DNA of 64,000 bases from an uncultured Rikenellaceae bacterium (GCA_964639725.1 CAZXFB010000018.1:6054-70053); one strand, 5' to 3'; numbered from the stretch's first letter, positions 29,804-40,860 are shown. The notes: a model not told the origin generated them from the letters alone. Program-made: numbers and translations.

Positions 29804-31864
29804 ATGCAAAGAGACCTGTCAAAGACAATTCTTTTAGTTATTTTTTTATCCTTTTCGTGCAAACAAAAAGAAATTGATAAACCTTTAACTGTTGCTCTAA
29901 TTGATAATAAGCTTACTGAAGAAGAAAAAAGAGTGGGAGTTATGACCCCGGAAATCATGTGGAAATTCGGAAGACTTGGCTCATTTACACTCTCCCCCGA
30001 TGGGTCATCAATCCTTTATACAATTACTAATATTGATCTCATAACAGAGGTCAGAAAAACTAATTTGTTTAAAGTCTCTTCTTCCGGTGGGGATCCTGTA
30101 CAGCTTACCTTTGAGGGAGGAACATCACCACAATGGTTCAATAAGGGAAAATCAATAGCTTTTGTCAATAATGGGACTCTTTACACCATGAATGAAGACG
30201 GTTCAGACCAAAAAGCAGTTACCGGGTTAGACAATTTTGAAGCTTACAGCATTTCACCTGAAAACAATAAGATATATTTTACCAGGAGAGTAAAAATTGA
30301 CCAGACAGCCAATGAGAAACATAACTTTCCAAATGCAAAGGTCAGAATAATTGATGATCTGATGTACAGGCACTGGAACTATTGGAGCGACTATTCATAC
30401 AGTCATATATTTTTAGCTGCTTTTAATGGAGTATCTGTATCGGGGGAGACAGATATTATGAAAGGACAAAAATTCGAATCCCCTACAGCTCCCTATTTTG
30501 ATGAGGGTGAGATTACATGGAGCCCTGATGGACAATTCATTGCATATACATCCAAACGACTGAGAGGAAAAGAGGATGCACGAAGTACAAATTCTGATAT
30601 CTACCTGTTTGAATTGAAGAGTGGAAAGGAGGTAAACATTTCAGAGGGTAACATAGGGTATGACAGATATCCTGTATTTTCTCCTGACGGATCAAAGATT
30701 GCTTACCAGAGTATGGAAAGGGATGGCTATGAAGCAGATCTTGACAGATTATTCGTGTACGATATTAAAAAAAGAAGCCGCACATGGTTATCAAAAGGAT
30801 GGGATTTCGACATAGAAAATGTTAACTGGTCTGACAACCATGTTATTTTCTTTACATGTGCTCACCTTGGAACAACCCAGGTATTTAATACTGACTTAAA
30901 TGGAAGTGGAATCAGTCAGCTAACTGATGGAGTTCATGATATGGGGCCAATTTGTCTTAAATCAGGTAAGCTTGTATCAGGTATAATGTCAATGTCAATG
31001 GCACAGGAGCTCTCATCAGTAGATATTAAAACAGGAGAAATAAGGCAGGTAAGTTTTATAAATAAACATATCTACGAACATATTAAAATGGGGAAGGTTG
31101 AGGAGAGATTCATCAAAACAAAAGATAAAAAAGATCTTCAGATGTGGATAATATATCCTCCGGATTTTAACACAACAAAAAAATATCCAGCACTTCTTTT
31201 TTGCAAGGGTGGCCCCCAGGGCCCTCTTGGACAGTCATGGTCATATCGCTGGAATTATCAGATGATGGCTGCAAAAGGATATATTGTGATTGCGCCAAAC
31301 CGTCGCGGCAATTCAGGTTTTGGTCAGGAATGGAAAGAACAGATCTCAGGAAACTATGGGGGATTAAACATACAGGATTATCTGGATGCAACTGATGCCA
31401 TGGCGAAAGAACCTTTTGTTGATTTAGATAAAATAGGAGCTGTAGGAGCAAGCTATGGAGGTTATTCTGTCTTTTATCTTGCAGGTATGCATGGAGGAAG
31501 GTTTAAAGCATTCATTTCACATTGTGGAATGTTCAATTTCACGAGCTGGTATGGAACAACAGAGGAACTGTGGTTTCCCGATAAAGATATTGAAGGACCA
31601 TATTGGAATACTCCAAAAAGCTATAAATATTCACCTCATTTGATGGTTGATAACTGGGATACTCCTATCCTTATTATAACAGGTGCCAACGACTTCAGAA
31701 TACCTTATACTCAAAGTATGGAAGCATTTCAGGCCGCGCAACTGCACGGAGTCCCCAGCAGACTATTGTTTTTTGAAGATGAAACACATTTTGTCCTAAA
31801 ACCCCAGAATGCAGTTATCTGGCAGAGAGAATACTTTGAATGGCTGGATACTTACTTAAAATAA
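29804..31864 (+). CDS. S9-family serine peptidase (beta-propeller + alpha/beta hydrolase)
   Basis: PD40-like repeats (SPDG x3), nucleophile GASYGGYS, and C-terminal D and H context (GANDFRIP, ETHF). Confidence 0.85.
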   Translation: MQRDLSKTILLVIFLSFSCKQKEIDKPLTVALIDNKLTEEEKRVGVMTPEIMWKFGRLGSFTLSPDGSSILYTITNIDLITEVRKTNLFKVSSSGGDPVQLTFEGGTSPQWFNKGKSIAFVNNGTLYTMNEDGSDQKAVTGLDNFEAYSISPENNKIYFTRRVKIDQTANEKHNFPNAKVRIIDDLMYRHWNYWSDYSYSHIFLAAFNGVSVSGETDIMKGQKFESPTAPYFDEGEITWSPDGQFIAYTSKRLRGKEDARSTNSDIYLFELKSGKEVNISEGNIGYDRYPVFSPDGSKIAYQSMERDGYEADLDRLFVYDIKKRSRTWLSKGWDFDIENVNWSDNHVIFFTCAHLGTTQVFNTDLNGSGISQLTDGVHDMGPICLKSGKLVSGIMSMSMAQELSSVDIKTGEIRQVSFINKHIYEHIKMGKVEERFIKTKDKKDLQMWIIYPPDFNTTKKYPALLFCKGGPQGPLGQSWSYRWNYQMMAAKGYIVIAPNRRGNSGFGQEWKEQISGNYGGLNIQDYLDATDAMAKEPFVDLDKIGAVGASYGGYSVFYLAGMHGGRFKAFISHCGMFNFTSWYGTTEELWFPDKDIEGPYWNTPKSYKYSPHLMVDNWDTPILIITGANDFRIPYTQSMEAFQAAQLHGVPSRLLFFEDETHFVLKPQNAVIWQREYFEWLDTYLK

Positions 31865-31919
31865 AAAGTACCTAACACCATAATTCAGGACATCGACTAA
31901 AATACTTGCCTGACAGACT

Positions 31920-32846
31920 TTATTTCCCGGATAGCATCAGCTCCATGATCTTATCTGCCTTCTCCTTCAAAGCCATTTCTCCATCCAACCAATGGATTTT
32001 AATTCCTCGCCTTTCCATACCCCGGAACCAGGTCATCTGCCTTTTTGCATACTGATGAATAGCAGTCTCAAGATCAGTATACATTTTACCATATGAGAGT
32101 TGACCTGAGAGAAATTGAGTAATAAACTTATATTCAAGACCATAATAGATAAGGGTCTCCTTACTGATACCGCTTTCCAATAATTGTTTTACTTCTTCTA
32201 TCAGACCTTCATCCAATCTCTGTTTTAACCGAAGTGTGATTTTTTTCCGCCTGGTCTCCCTGTCAAACTTAACCCCCACAACCAGAGAATTAATTACCGG
32301 GAATCCTGAATGCCTTTTAACACTGGTTTTATTAAAATGCTCAATTTCAATTGCCCTGATTACGCGTTTTTTGGTATCAATATCGGTTATGTTATGAAGG
32401 TTTTTATAAGTAGAAAGAATCAATGTAAGCTCTTCCAAGGATTTCTTTTCAAGTTCAATCCTTAAACCACTGTCGGGAGGAACTTCAACCATCTTGTATC
32501 CTGAAATAATGCAATCAATATACAATCCTGAACCACCGCAAACAACCGGAAAAACACTTTTTCTCTTCAGATCATCATAAACCTTCCTGAAGTCGCGCTG
32601 ATATTCGAAGACATTATATTTATATCCTGCATCAGCTATATCGATAAGATGACACGTAACTGATTTCCCATCAACATAATAATCCAGATAATCCTTTCCT
32701 GTACCTATATTCATTCCACGATAAACCTGACGTGAATCTGCACTTATGACTTCACCCTTTAGGAGTACTGCCATTGCAACTGCTAAGGATGTCTTTCCTG
32801 ATGCAGTAGGTCCGGTAATAACCAATAAATCTAATTTCGGGATCAT
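31920..32846 (-). CDS. miaA: tRNA dimethylallyltransferase MiaA
   Basis: GPTASGKTSLA P-loop, SADSRQVYRGMNIGT, YAKRQMTWF. Confidence 0.92.
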   Translation of the reverse strand: MIPKLDLLVITGPTASGKTSLAVAMAVLLKGEVISADSRQVYRGMNIGTGKDYLDYYVDGKSVTCHLIDIADAGYKYNVFEYQRDFRKVYDDLKRKSVFPVVCGGSGLYIDCIISGYKMVEVPPDSGLRIELEKKSLEELTLILSTYKNLHNITDIDTKKRVIRAIEIEHFNKTSVKRHSGFPVINSLVVGVKFDRETRRKKITLRLKQRLDEGLIEEVKQLLESGISKETLIYYGLEYKFITQFLSGQLSYGKMYTDLETAIHQYAKRQMTWFRGMERRGIKIHWLDGEMALKEKADKIMELMLSGK

Positions 32847-32904
32847 TTCAACGACTATTCAATAACTGATTTGAAGAGGAAAAGCAATTTACCATAAAAT
32901 TAGC

Positions 32905-32912
32905 TAATTTTG
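32905..32912 (+). promoter_or_regulatory. Bacteroidota-type -7 box (TAATTTTG)
   Basis: Exact TAnnTTTG match ending 24 nt upstream of the 32936 start. Confidence 0.45.
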
Positions 32913-32935
32913 CCAGTCTATTAATTTTAATTTTT

Positions 32936-33517
32936 ATGAATTACAGGTTCTTGCTTCAAAGGCTAAAATATTTATTAATTAATCCTGTTAAAGCCTGGGA
33001 GGATATTTATTCAGAGAAGAGTTCTATTAAGGATGCCCGGGATAGTTACTTTTTCCCAATTATTATTCTTATTGCTTTAGCTGCATTGATCGGATCACTG
33101 TTATTTGCAAATTCAGAATTAAAAATAGCCTTTTCCCTTTTTACCGGAATCAAATATTTCCTTTTGTTTTATCTGGTCATCTATGCAACAGCTTATATAT
33201 TTAAAGAGATAACCTATGCTCTTGATCTTGGCAGGGATTTTACTCTATCATTTAAAATAATTACATATTCACTAACTCCATTTTTTATTTGTCAGATACT
33301 CAGTCTGATATTTGAGTCCTTTATCTTTATAAACATCCTATCACTCTATGGACTTTATATATTCTGGACCGGATCGGAGAAAATGCTAAATCCTCCAGAA
33401 TACAAAAAAATGCCTTTGCTTATTGCAACTTTTATTACTTTTACAGGTGTATTTATTGCTGCAAATATCTTATTGACAATGATTTCAGATAAATTATATT
33501 TTGCATTTTTCGCCTGA
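32936..33517 (+). CDS. Yip1-family integral membrane protein
   Basis: Soluble N-terminus (NPVKAWEDI) followed by about 5 TM helices. Confidence 0.55.
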   Translation: MNYRFLLQRLKYLLINPVKAWEDIYSEKSSIKDARDSYFFPIIILIALAALIGSLLFANSELKIAFSLFTGIKYFLLFYLVIYATAYIFKEITYALDLGRDFTLSFKIITYSLTPFFICQILSLIFESFIFINILSLYGLYIFWTGSEKMLNPPEYKKMPLLIATFITFTGVFIAANILLTMISDKLYFAFFA

Positions 33518-33525
33518 AACATTTT

Positions 33526-33984
33526 ATGAAAAGAGGCTCCGGAAATATTGTAATAAAGAATAAAAAAGCTTCTCACGATTATGAGTTCCTTGAGAAATTC
33601 ATTGCAGGTATTAAACTTACCGGTACTGAAATAAAATCAATAAGGTTGGGGAAAGCTACTCTAGTAGATTCCTATTGTCTATTCCAGGGTGGCGAATTAT
33701 TTATTAAAGGAATGCATATTGCCGAATACTGGTGGGGTAATCTTAATAATCATGATCCACTGAGGTTGAGAAAGCTCCTTCTTACTTCTAGGGAACTAAA
33801 CAAGATTGAAAGGAAAGTAAAAGAATCTGGCCTCACCATTGTTGTAATAAAAGTCTTTATAAACGACAGGGGACTGGCAAAGGCAGAGATAGCAATTTCG
33901 AAGGGTAAGAAAGAATACGATAAAAGAGAAACTCTCAAACGCAAAGACGCCACCAGAGAAATGGACAGACTTAGAAAAGTGTAG
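33526..33984 (+). CDS. smpB: SsrA-binding protein SmpB
   Basis: [32 protein letters not shown] and [20 protein letters not shown] motifs. Confidence 0.95.
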   Translation: MKRGSGNIVIKNKKASHDYEFLEKFIAGIKLTGTEIKSIRLGKATLVDSYCLFQGGELFIKGMHIAEYWWGNLNNHDPLRLRKLLLTSRELNKIERKVKESGLTIVVIKVFINDRGLAKAEIAISKGKKEYDKRETLKRKDATREMDRLRKV

Positions 33985-34695
33985 TTAGAAGTTGGGGCTG
34001 AGAAGATATCTTGAGTAGAATTTTACAATATGTTCCACTGCTTCGTCAGCTGTATCTACGTGGATGAAATAATCCAGATCGGCTTGTGTGATATTGTGCT
34101 CCTCCTCGAGCATTACCTCTTTTATCCAGCTAATAAGTCCGCCCCAATAGTTTTTCCCAACAAGAATAATGGGAAACTTTCCTATTTTGCGTGTCTGTAT
34201 CAGAGTTATTGCCTCAAAGAGCTCATCAAAGGTTCCGAACCCCCCTGGAAGAACAATGAAACCCTGGGCATATTTCATGAACATAAGCTTTCTCACAAAA
34301 AAATGGTCGAATGTAATAAGTTTATCGGGGTCGATAAATGGGTTTGGCCGTTGTTCAAATGGAAGGTCAATATTTATCCCCACTGATTTCCCCTTCCCTC
34401 GTGTTGCTCCCTTATTTGCTGCCTCCATTATCCCGGGACCGCCTCCTGTTATGACTCCGTAACCATTCTGTGTCAGTTTGAAGGCAATATCCTCAGCCAG
34501 TTTATAATACTTATTATTATAATGTGTTCGTGCTGATCCAAAAATCGAAACACATGGACCAATTCGTGAAAGTTTTTCGAAACCTTCCACTAATTCCGAA
34601 AGAATTTTAAAAACTCTCCATGAATCCGTAGTATGAATCTCATGCCAGGTCTTTTGCTCAAATGCATCTTTAATAAGGTCAGCCGGTTTCTCCAT
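33985..34695 (-). CDS. LOG-family (TIGR00730) nucleotide phosphoribohydrolase
   Basis: GGGPGIMEAAN and PGGFGTFDE signature motifs. Confidence 0.85.
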   Translation of the reverse strand: MEKPADLIKDAFEQKTWHEIHTTDSWRVFKILSELVEGFEKLSRIGPCVSIFGSARTHYNNKYYKLAEDIAFKLTQNGYGVITGGGPGIMEAANKGATRGKGKSVGINIDLPFEQRPNPFIDPDKLITFDHFFVRKLMFMKYAQGFIVLPGGFGTFDELFEAITLIQTRKIGKFPIILVGKNYWGGLISWIKEVMLEEEHNITQADLDYFIHVDTADEAVEHIVKFYSRYLLSPNF

Positions 34696-34737
34696 TTTGG
34701 ATTTTGATAATAAATAATACTCTCAAATATAATTAAT

Positions 34738-37557
34738 TTATAAATTAAGTTCAGCTTTTAAAAAATTTCCGGTGTAGCTTTCACTGCATTCCACAAGTTC
34801 TTCAGGTGTACCTGAAAAAACCAGATCGCCTCCTTCCCTGCCACCGTCTTTTCCGAGGTCAATAACATAGTCAGCCAATTTAATGACATCCATGTTATGC
34901 TCAATCACAATAATTGTATTTCCTCTGTCAACAAGTTTGCCTAGGACACCCATTAAAACCCTTACATCCTCAAAATGTAAACCGGTTGTAGGCTCATCCA
35001 GTATATAAAGTGTTTTTCCGGTATCACGCCGAGCAAGTTCAGTAGCAAGCTTAACACGCTGGGCTTCTCCGCCTGAGAGGGTTGTTGATTGCTGACCCAG
35101 CTTGATATATCCCAGTCCTACATCCTGTAATGTCTTTATTTTATGATATATTGAAGGGATATTTTCAAAATACTCAACCGCCATATTCACTGTCATCTCC
35201 AAAACATCACTTATCGATTGACCTTTGTATTTAACTTCAAGTGTTTCACGATTATACCTTTTACCATTACATTCGGTACAATGAACATAAACATCAGGTA
35301 AAAAATTCATCTCAATAGTTTTCATGCCTGCTCCTTCACATCCTTCACAACGTCCACCCTTAACATTAAATGAGAACCTTCCGGCACCAAAACCCCGGAT
35401 CTTTGCTTCTGTTGTCTGCTCAAACAGTTTTCTTATATCAGTAAAAACACCAGTATAAGTTGCCGGGTTTGAGCGTGGTGTCTTACCAATTGGTGACTGG
35501 TTTACTTCTATCACCTTGTCAAGATATTCAAGTCCGGTAATCTCCCTGTAAGGTAAAGGAGATTTGCCTGAGTTATGATACTTTTTAGCCAGAGCTGGAT
35601 GTAATGTCTGGTTAATTAGTGATGATTTACCGCTTCCGGAGACTCCTGTAACACAAATTAGAGTGCCTAGTGGGAATTCTACATCAACGTCATTCAGATT
35701 ATGACCTGTGGCTCCTTCTAACCTGACAAATCTACCATTACCCTTTCTCCTTATTTGCGGGATAATAAACTTGTTTTTATTATTCAGGTAACCTGCAGTA
35801 AGTGTTTCGCACTTTTTAATTTCATCCGGATTGCCATGTGCAACAATCAGGCCACCGTGACGACCTGCCCCCGGACCCATATCGATAACATAATCTGCAG
35901 ATAATATCATCTCCTTGTCATGTTCAACAACAATAACGGAGTTACCTGAGTCCCTTAGTTCCTTAAGGGCTGAAATAAGTCTTCTGTTATCCTTCTGATG
36001 AAGGCCAATACTTGGTTCATCAAGAATATAGAGGACGTTTACTAAGCGTGATCCAATCTGTGTAGCCAGCCTAATTCGCTGACTTTCACCACCTGAAAGC
36101 GTTCTTGCTCCCCTGTTTAATGAGAGGTACTCAAGTCCCACTTCGAGAAGAAAACCTAGCCTGGACCTAATCTCCTTCAGGATTTCGGAACCAATAATTT
36201 TCTGCTTTCCACTCATTTTCTCTTCAATATTTTCCAGGAACAGTGACAACTCCCTTATATCCATTGATGAAAGATCTCCTATATTTTTATCAGCAATTCT
36301 GAAAAATAGTGATTCTTTCCTGAGACGGGTTCCATTGCATTCGGGGCAGGTATTATACTGAACATATTGGTCGTTTATACGGGTACCGGTTTTCTTTCCG
36401 TTAATAACTTCAATATTACCTACGAAATTGACAACTCCCTCAAAAGTCAGAAAGTAGTTTGAAGTCATTCCCAACGGAGTATTGGATAATTTAAGTACTT
36501 CATCGGATCCGTATAAAACCTTATTCAAGGCCTCTTCAGGAATTTCCTTAATAGGTGTATCAAGCGTAAAACCATTTTTCTCAGCAATCGCTTCAATCTG
36601 CCAGAATATCCATACATTCCTGTATTTACCCAGTGGTTCTATTCCTCCTTTTCTTATACTCAGGTCCCTGTCGGGTATCAATTTTTTCTCATCTATACTG
36701 GAAATTTCTCCCAGTCCATTGCAACTAGAGCAGGCGCCTTGCGGCGAGTTGAATGAGAATGTATGCGGAGCCGGTTCATTATAAGACAATCCTGTAACCG
36801 GACACATCAGGTGGCGGCTGAAATATCTTGGTTCCCCGCTATCACTTTCCAGAACCATCATCACACCATCACCCTGGTCAAGCGACATAAGAACAGAATC
36901 ATTAAGTCTTTTATCAGTTATATCCCCTACCCTGAACTTGTCAATCACAATTTCAATATAATGTGTTTTATACCTGTCTAGTTTCAGACCTTGTGTCAAT
37001 TCTTTAATCTCTCCGTTGATCCTGACATTTAGAAATCCCTTTCTCCTGAGTTGTTCAAACAGTTCCTTATAATGACCTTTTCGTCCTTTAACTACAGGGG
37101 CTAGGAAGTAGACTTTTTTACCGGCAAAACGACTTTTGACTAAATCAAGTATCTGATCATCTGTATACTTAACCATTTTTTCACCTGAAATGTATGAATA
37201 CGCTTCGGATGCTCTGGCATAAAGAAGCCTTAAAAAATCATAAATCTCTGTAATTGTACCTACTGTGGAACGGGGATTCTTATTAGTTGTTTTCTGTTCA
37301 ATTGAAATGACCGGGCTCAATCCACTGATTTTATCAACGTCAGGGCGTTCCATACCGCCCAGAAACTGACGTGCATATGCTGAAAGAGTCTCCATATATC
37401 TTCTCTGACCCTCGGCATAAATTGTATCAAAAGCAAGAGATGACTTACCACTGCCACTTAAGCCTGTAATTACGACAAGCTTATTCCGCGGAATGTTAAC
37501 ATCTATATTCTGTAAATTATGAACCCTGGCACCAAATACTCTTATCTCATCATTCAT
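34738..37557 (-). CDS. uvrA: Excinuclease ABC subunit A
   Basis: 939 aa. Two ABC modules (GLSGSGKSSLAF, GVSGSGKSSL), zinc modules (CPECNGTR, CTECNGKR), and signatures LSGGESQR / LSGGEAQR. Confidence 0.97.
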   Translation of the reverse strand: MNDEIRVFGARVHNLQNIDVNIPRNKLVVITGLSGSGKSSLAFDTIYAEGQRRYMETLSAYARQFLGGMERPDVDKISGLSPVISIEQKTTNKNPRSTVGTITEIYDFLRLLYARASEAYSYISGEKMVKYTDDQILDLVKSRFAGKKVYFLAPVVKGRKGHYKELFEQLRRKGFLNVRINGEIKELTQGLKLDRYKTHYIEIVIDKFRVGDITDKRLNDSVLMSLDQGDGVMMVLESDSGEPRYFSRHLMCPVTGLSYNEPAPHTFSFNSPQGACSSCNGLGEISSIDEKKLIPDRDLSIRKGGIEPLGKYRNVWIFWQIEAIAEKNGFTLDTPIKEIPEEALNKVLYGSDEVLKLSNTPLGMTSNYFLTFEGVVNFVGNIEVINGKKTGTRINDQYVQYNTCPECNGTRLRKESLFFRIADKNIGDLSSMDIRELSLFLENIEEKMSGKQKIIGSEILKEIRSRLGFLLEVGLEYLSLNRGARTLSGGESQRIRLATQIGSRLVNVLYILDEPSIGLHQKDNRRLISALKELRDSGNSVIVVEHDKEMILSADYVIDMGPGAGRHGGLIVAHGNPDEIKKCETLTAGYLNNKNKFIIPQIRRKGNGRFVRLEGATGHNLNDVDVEFPLGTLICVTGVSGSGKSSLINQTLHPALAKKYHNSGKSPLPYREITGLEYLDKVIEVNQSPIGKTPRSNPATYTGVFTDIRKLFEQTTEAKIRGFGAGRFSFNVKGGRCEGCEGAGMKTIEMNFLPDVYVHCTECNGKRYNRETLEVKYKGQSISDVLEMTVNMAVEYFENIPSIYHKIKTLQDVGLGYIKLGQQSTTLSGGEAQRVKLATELARRDTGKTLYILDEPTTGLHFEDVRVLMGVLGKLVDRGNTIIVIEHNMDVIKLADYVIDLGKDGGREGGDLVFSGTPEELVECSESYTGNFLKAELNL

Positions 37558-37583
37558 CTCTAATCTTCATGACAAATATCAGA

Positions 37584-38540
37584 CTACAGTTCTGTCTTTT
37601 CATAATTTCTCATCCCCTCTGAAGGAATCTTAATTGTGTATCTCTTGTTGGGTTTGGGAGTCAGATATGGCTTCCTTAACCATGGATTCAGAAACTTTAA
37701 TAACTTATAATTTGTACCAAACCGTTCAGCAAACTCAGAAAAGTCAGTAATTGCGCTATCAACTTTAACTTCATAATATTCCAATTCCGGATAGAGATCC
37801 TCTTTGTCAATATTTAAGCCATACCTCCCGGGATCTGTTATAACTAATTTATAAGCTACTGCCCTGAAAATATATCTTGCAGTCTCTTCACTTAGCAGAA
37901 GGTTATAGTAGTTATTTTGGCGTTGTAAGGCAACCTGTTCGCTAATAGCGGCTCTGCCTCCATTATATGAAGCGGCTGCAAGGGTCCAGTTTCCGAATTT
38001 CTCATAAGATTTTTTAAAATACTCGCATGCAAACTGAGTTGATCTTTCAAGGCTATACCTTTCGTCCACAACTGTATTGATCTCCATTCCTTCTTCTCTG
38101 CCTGTCTCCTGCATTATCTGCCAAAAACCTGTTGCTCCTACGGGTGAAACCATGTTGCTATATTCACTTTCTGCAGCTACAAGATATTTAAAATCATCAG
38201 GTATATTATTATTTTTCAATATCTTCTCTATTATCGGAAGATATCTGTTTGCCCTTTTAATGATAAGAATAGTTGAAGAGTGTCTGTATGCACTTATAAG
38301 AATCTCCCGTTCAAGACTTTCCCGTGTATCAAAATTTTCCAAAGGCATCCTCTCATTAGCAAATATCACATTATCAGGCAATTTAAATGGCTGTACAGTA
38401 TAAAGTGAATCCCAATCAGACTCCCCGGGTACTGTTCCTCTGCCAATTTCTTTGAACCCTGGTGCTATATAAATTATAATAATTGCTGTTATTAAAATTA
38501 TTGTAAAAAGCAGCACACTTTTAATTCTGGGATTTAACAT
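37584..38540 (-). CDS. Lytic transglycosylase (SLT domain) protein
   Basis: N-terminal TM anchor; catalytic AAESEYS...SPVGATGFWQIM; AASYNGG. Confidence 0.8.
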   Translation of the reverse strand: MLNPRIKSVLLFTIILITAIIIIYIAPGFKEIGRGTVPGESDWDSLYTVQPFKLPDNVIFANERMPLENFDTRESLEREILISAYRHSSTILIIKRANRYLPIIEKILKNNNIPDDFKYLVAAESEYSNMVSPVGATGFWQIMQETGREEGMEINTVVDERYSLERSTQFACEYFKKSYEKFGNWTLAAASYNGGRAAISEQVALQRQNNYYNLLLSEETARYIFRAVAYKLVITDPGRYGLNIDKEDLYPELEYYEVKVDSAITDFSEFAERFGTNYKLLKFLNPWLRKPYLTPKPNKRYTIKIPSEGMRNYEKTEL

Positions 38541-38747
38541 AGTTACACATGGATTTAAAAATAAAATGCAAAGGTAATATTTTTACACCTCACAAGTAAG
38601 ATTAAGACTATGATATGAATAAAATACCATCACAAAACAAGGTTTTGAGTGATGGATCCAGGGGATGGGGTGAAATAACTGGCGCCTGGTTCCTGATATT
38701 GCTCCCTGAAGCCAAATATTACAAAAAATTAGTGTTGAATGAGTGTT

Positions 38748-40070
38748 TCAGAATTTGTATGAAAATCCAGAAAATATGCCAAATGAATATGGATGTATTG
38801 AAGAACCTGGCATATCATTAAATGGATTAAGATAATACCTGAAAGTTGGTTCAAGATTCATTGACACTTTCCTTGAGAAATTATATTCCATACCCATCCC
38901 GATGGAACTACTGAATGTCATCATATTAAGTTCATCGGTCTTACCAACGGGGTACTTGCTGCCATCATTAATTGCATATACCGAATTGCTCAGAAGAAAA
39001 TTATAGGATACTCCTCCAATAACATTGATGTCAAGAGACCGGTCAATTACTTTATATTTCAGGACAACTGGCAATTCAAGATAGCTGAAATTTTGCTTCA
39101 GAGAATTGTTAATTGATGGAAGACTGGCTTTAACCGGATCCAGAATATCGCTTGTAAATTGTGTTTGTACCCGGTTTCCTGTTGCGTCAATAAGAAAAAT
39201 ATCTGCATTATTTGTATAAATCGTTCCACTGGTCGTAAGTACCTCAAAATTACGATTGTCTCCCTTTGAAAATTGCAAATCGCGAAATCCGCTATATGAA
39301 GATATCCCGGAAATCTCCTGACCAAAGGATGAATAATAAATCCCGGACTGAACACTTATTCTCCTGTTGACTTTATAAGAAAGAGCAACACCTCCTGCAT
39401 AAGAAATCATTGGTTGTTCTGAGGCTATCATCTGCTTTACAACAGCATCATTGCCAGAACTGAATTGTGAATAATAAGTAGGTGATGCCAGGGCTGCTAT
39501 TGACCATCTTTGTTTTTCCTTTACCTGAGGTATTTCGTTGGAGAGTAAATTGTTGGAAACATAATCCGGACTTAAAGTTCCAGAAGATGCACCTGTCAAA
39601 GACACTTTTTGCAATCCGGGAAAATCAGCAATATTACTTATCGTAATATTATTGGTTTCAGATGATAAAGTATTAATCTCTACACTCACAATTTCACTGA
39701 TGAGTTCTTTATTTTTTACCGAAACTACCTTACCAAATGTATTTACTGGAGAGATAGATCCGCTGGTAGCATTTACCGGTGTAACTTCTGATAGGGCCGG
39801 AGGATTCTCAACAACAGGGATCGACTCCATATTATATGTCAGAGGCTGAATTCCGATCCCGGAGGGTGCTTCACTATTCCATCTGTAAATAAGAAAACTA
39901 ACCGATAACAAAAGGATAATCATTGCAGCGCTTCGAAGAAAGATGAAACGACTTCTTCTTTTCCCGATTACAGGTTGAATATTATCCCATACTTCCGGAG
40001 GAGGAAGCACTTCATAATCCTTAAATCCATTCCTGAAAACAATATCTATATTTGCCCCTCTTTCATCCAT
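38748..40070 (-). CDS. Anti-sigma-like protein: cytoplasmic N-terminus, one TM, C-terminal OM-type beta-barrel region
   Basis: Overlaps the sigma gene stop by 8 nt. TM segment FIFLRSAAMIILLLSVSFLIY. C-terminal amphipathic strands end in ...GFSYKF. Confidence 0.55.
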   Translation of the reverse strand: MDERGANIDIVFRNGFKDYEVLPPPEVWDNIQPVIGKRRSRFIFLRSAAMIILLLSVSFLIYRWNSEAPSGIGIQPLTYNMESIPVVENPPALSEVTPVNATSGSISPVNTFGKVVSVKNKELISEIVSVEINTLSSETNNITISNIADFPGLQKVSLTGASSGTLSPDYVSNNLLSNEIPQVKEKQRWSIAALASPTYYSQFSSGNDAVVKQMIASEQPMISYAGGVALSYKVNRRISVQSGIYYSSFGQEISGISSYSGFRDLQFSKGDNRNFEVLTTSGTIYTNNADIFLIDATGNRVQTQFTSDILDPVKASLPSINNSLKQNFSYLELPVVLKYKVIDRSLDINVIGGVSYNFLLSNSVYAINDGSKYPVGKTDELNMMTFSSSIGMGMEYNFSRKVSMNLEPTFRYYLNPFNDMPGSSIHPYSFGIFSGFSYKF

Positions 40071-40623
40071 TTAATATTCTCTTCTTAATACCTGTATATG
40101 AACCGATTCTTCTCTGAAGGATAACCCTGGCCCGTGAGAGATTTGATTTCGATGTTCCTTCTGAGATATTAACCATTCTGCTAATCTCTTTGTGTGAATA
40201 TCCTTCGATTGCATAAAGGTTAAACACCATTTTGTATTTCGGAGGTAATTCCCTTATAATATCAAGCAGATCGCTGACTTCGAGACCTGAATAATCCATA
40301 TTATAAGGTTCAGCATCAAGCTCCTTAAGTGTATCAATATCATCAACCCTGTATAGATTGTGTTTGCTTCGATACTTTTCCAGAGCAGTGTTTACCATTA
40401 TCCGTCGCATCCAGCCTTCAAAAGAACCTTCATGTTTATAATGAGCAAGATTTTCAAAAATCTTAATAAATCCTTCCTGCAAAATATCCCTAGCTTCCTC
40501 ATCATTCCCTGAATACTGCAAACACACAGCGTATAGTTTTGCTGCATATCTTCTGTACAAGAGTTCCTGATCTCTTCTGTTACCTTCCAGACAACCTTTT
40601 AGTATATTTTTTATCTCTGTCAA
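40063..40623 (-). CDS. ECF-type RNA polymerase sigma factor
   Basis: Region 2 (EARDILQEGFIKIFENL, FEGWMRRIMVNTALE) and region 4 (LPPKYKMVFNLYAIEGYSHKEISRM). Apparent TTG start. Confidence 0.88.
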   Translation of the reverse strand: MTEIKNILKGCLEGNRRDQELLYRRYAAKLYAVCLQYSGNDEEARDILQEGFIKIFENLAHYKHEGSFEGWMRRIMVNTALEKYRSKHNLYRVDDIDTLKELDAEPYNMDYSGLEVSDLLDIIRELPPKYKMVFNLYAIEGYSHKEISRMVNISEGTSKSNLSRARVILQRRIGSYTGIKKRILNG

Positions 40624-40860
40624 GGTTTTCGACTTGTTTGAGAATATAAAAATATAAAATAATTGTCTTATATATCATTAACCTTGTAAAAAGATTGATG
40701 TAATTATTAATAAAAAGGTTGCTTCCCGTCAAAAAAAGCTTAATTCTGTTAATAATAACATTCGAAAACTTATGTGACGAAAAGCCTAAGAGAGCGCTCG
40801 GGTTAACCAGTATAAGGTAACCTGTAGCAGGTGACCCGGAACCAGCTACCCTCATTCTTT

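Noticed and set aside
34030-34462. Antisense ORFs inside well-supported genes. Examples: 34030..34386, 34169..34462, 41740..42105, 43394..43798, 51861..52352 and 61971..62381.
   Set aside because: Each lies opposite a gene with strong family motifs and has no motifs of its own. They are typical shadow ORFs.
40580-40855. 91-aa minus-strand ORF overlapping the sigma factor start
   Set aside because: It is low-complexity and AT-driven, overlaps the well-supported sigma gene in another frame, and has no motifs.
40786-40856. GC-rich patch directly after lpd, with the GAGCGCTC palindrome and CGGGT/ACCCG and GTAGC/GCTAC pairings
   Set aside because: It is probably a non-canonical terminator or stabiliser for lpd. 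The stems are short (5-7 bp) and no clear T-run follows, which is too weak to call a feature.
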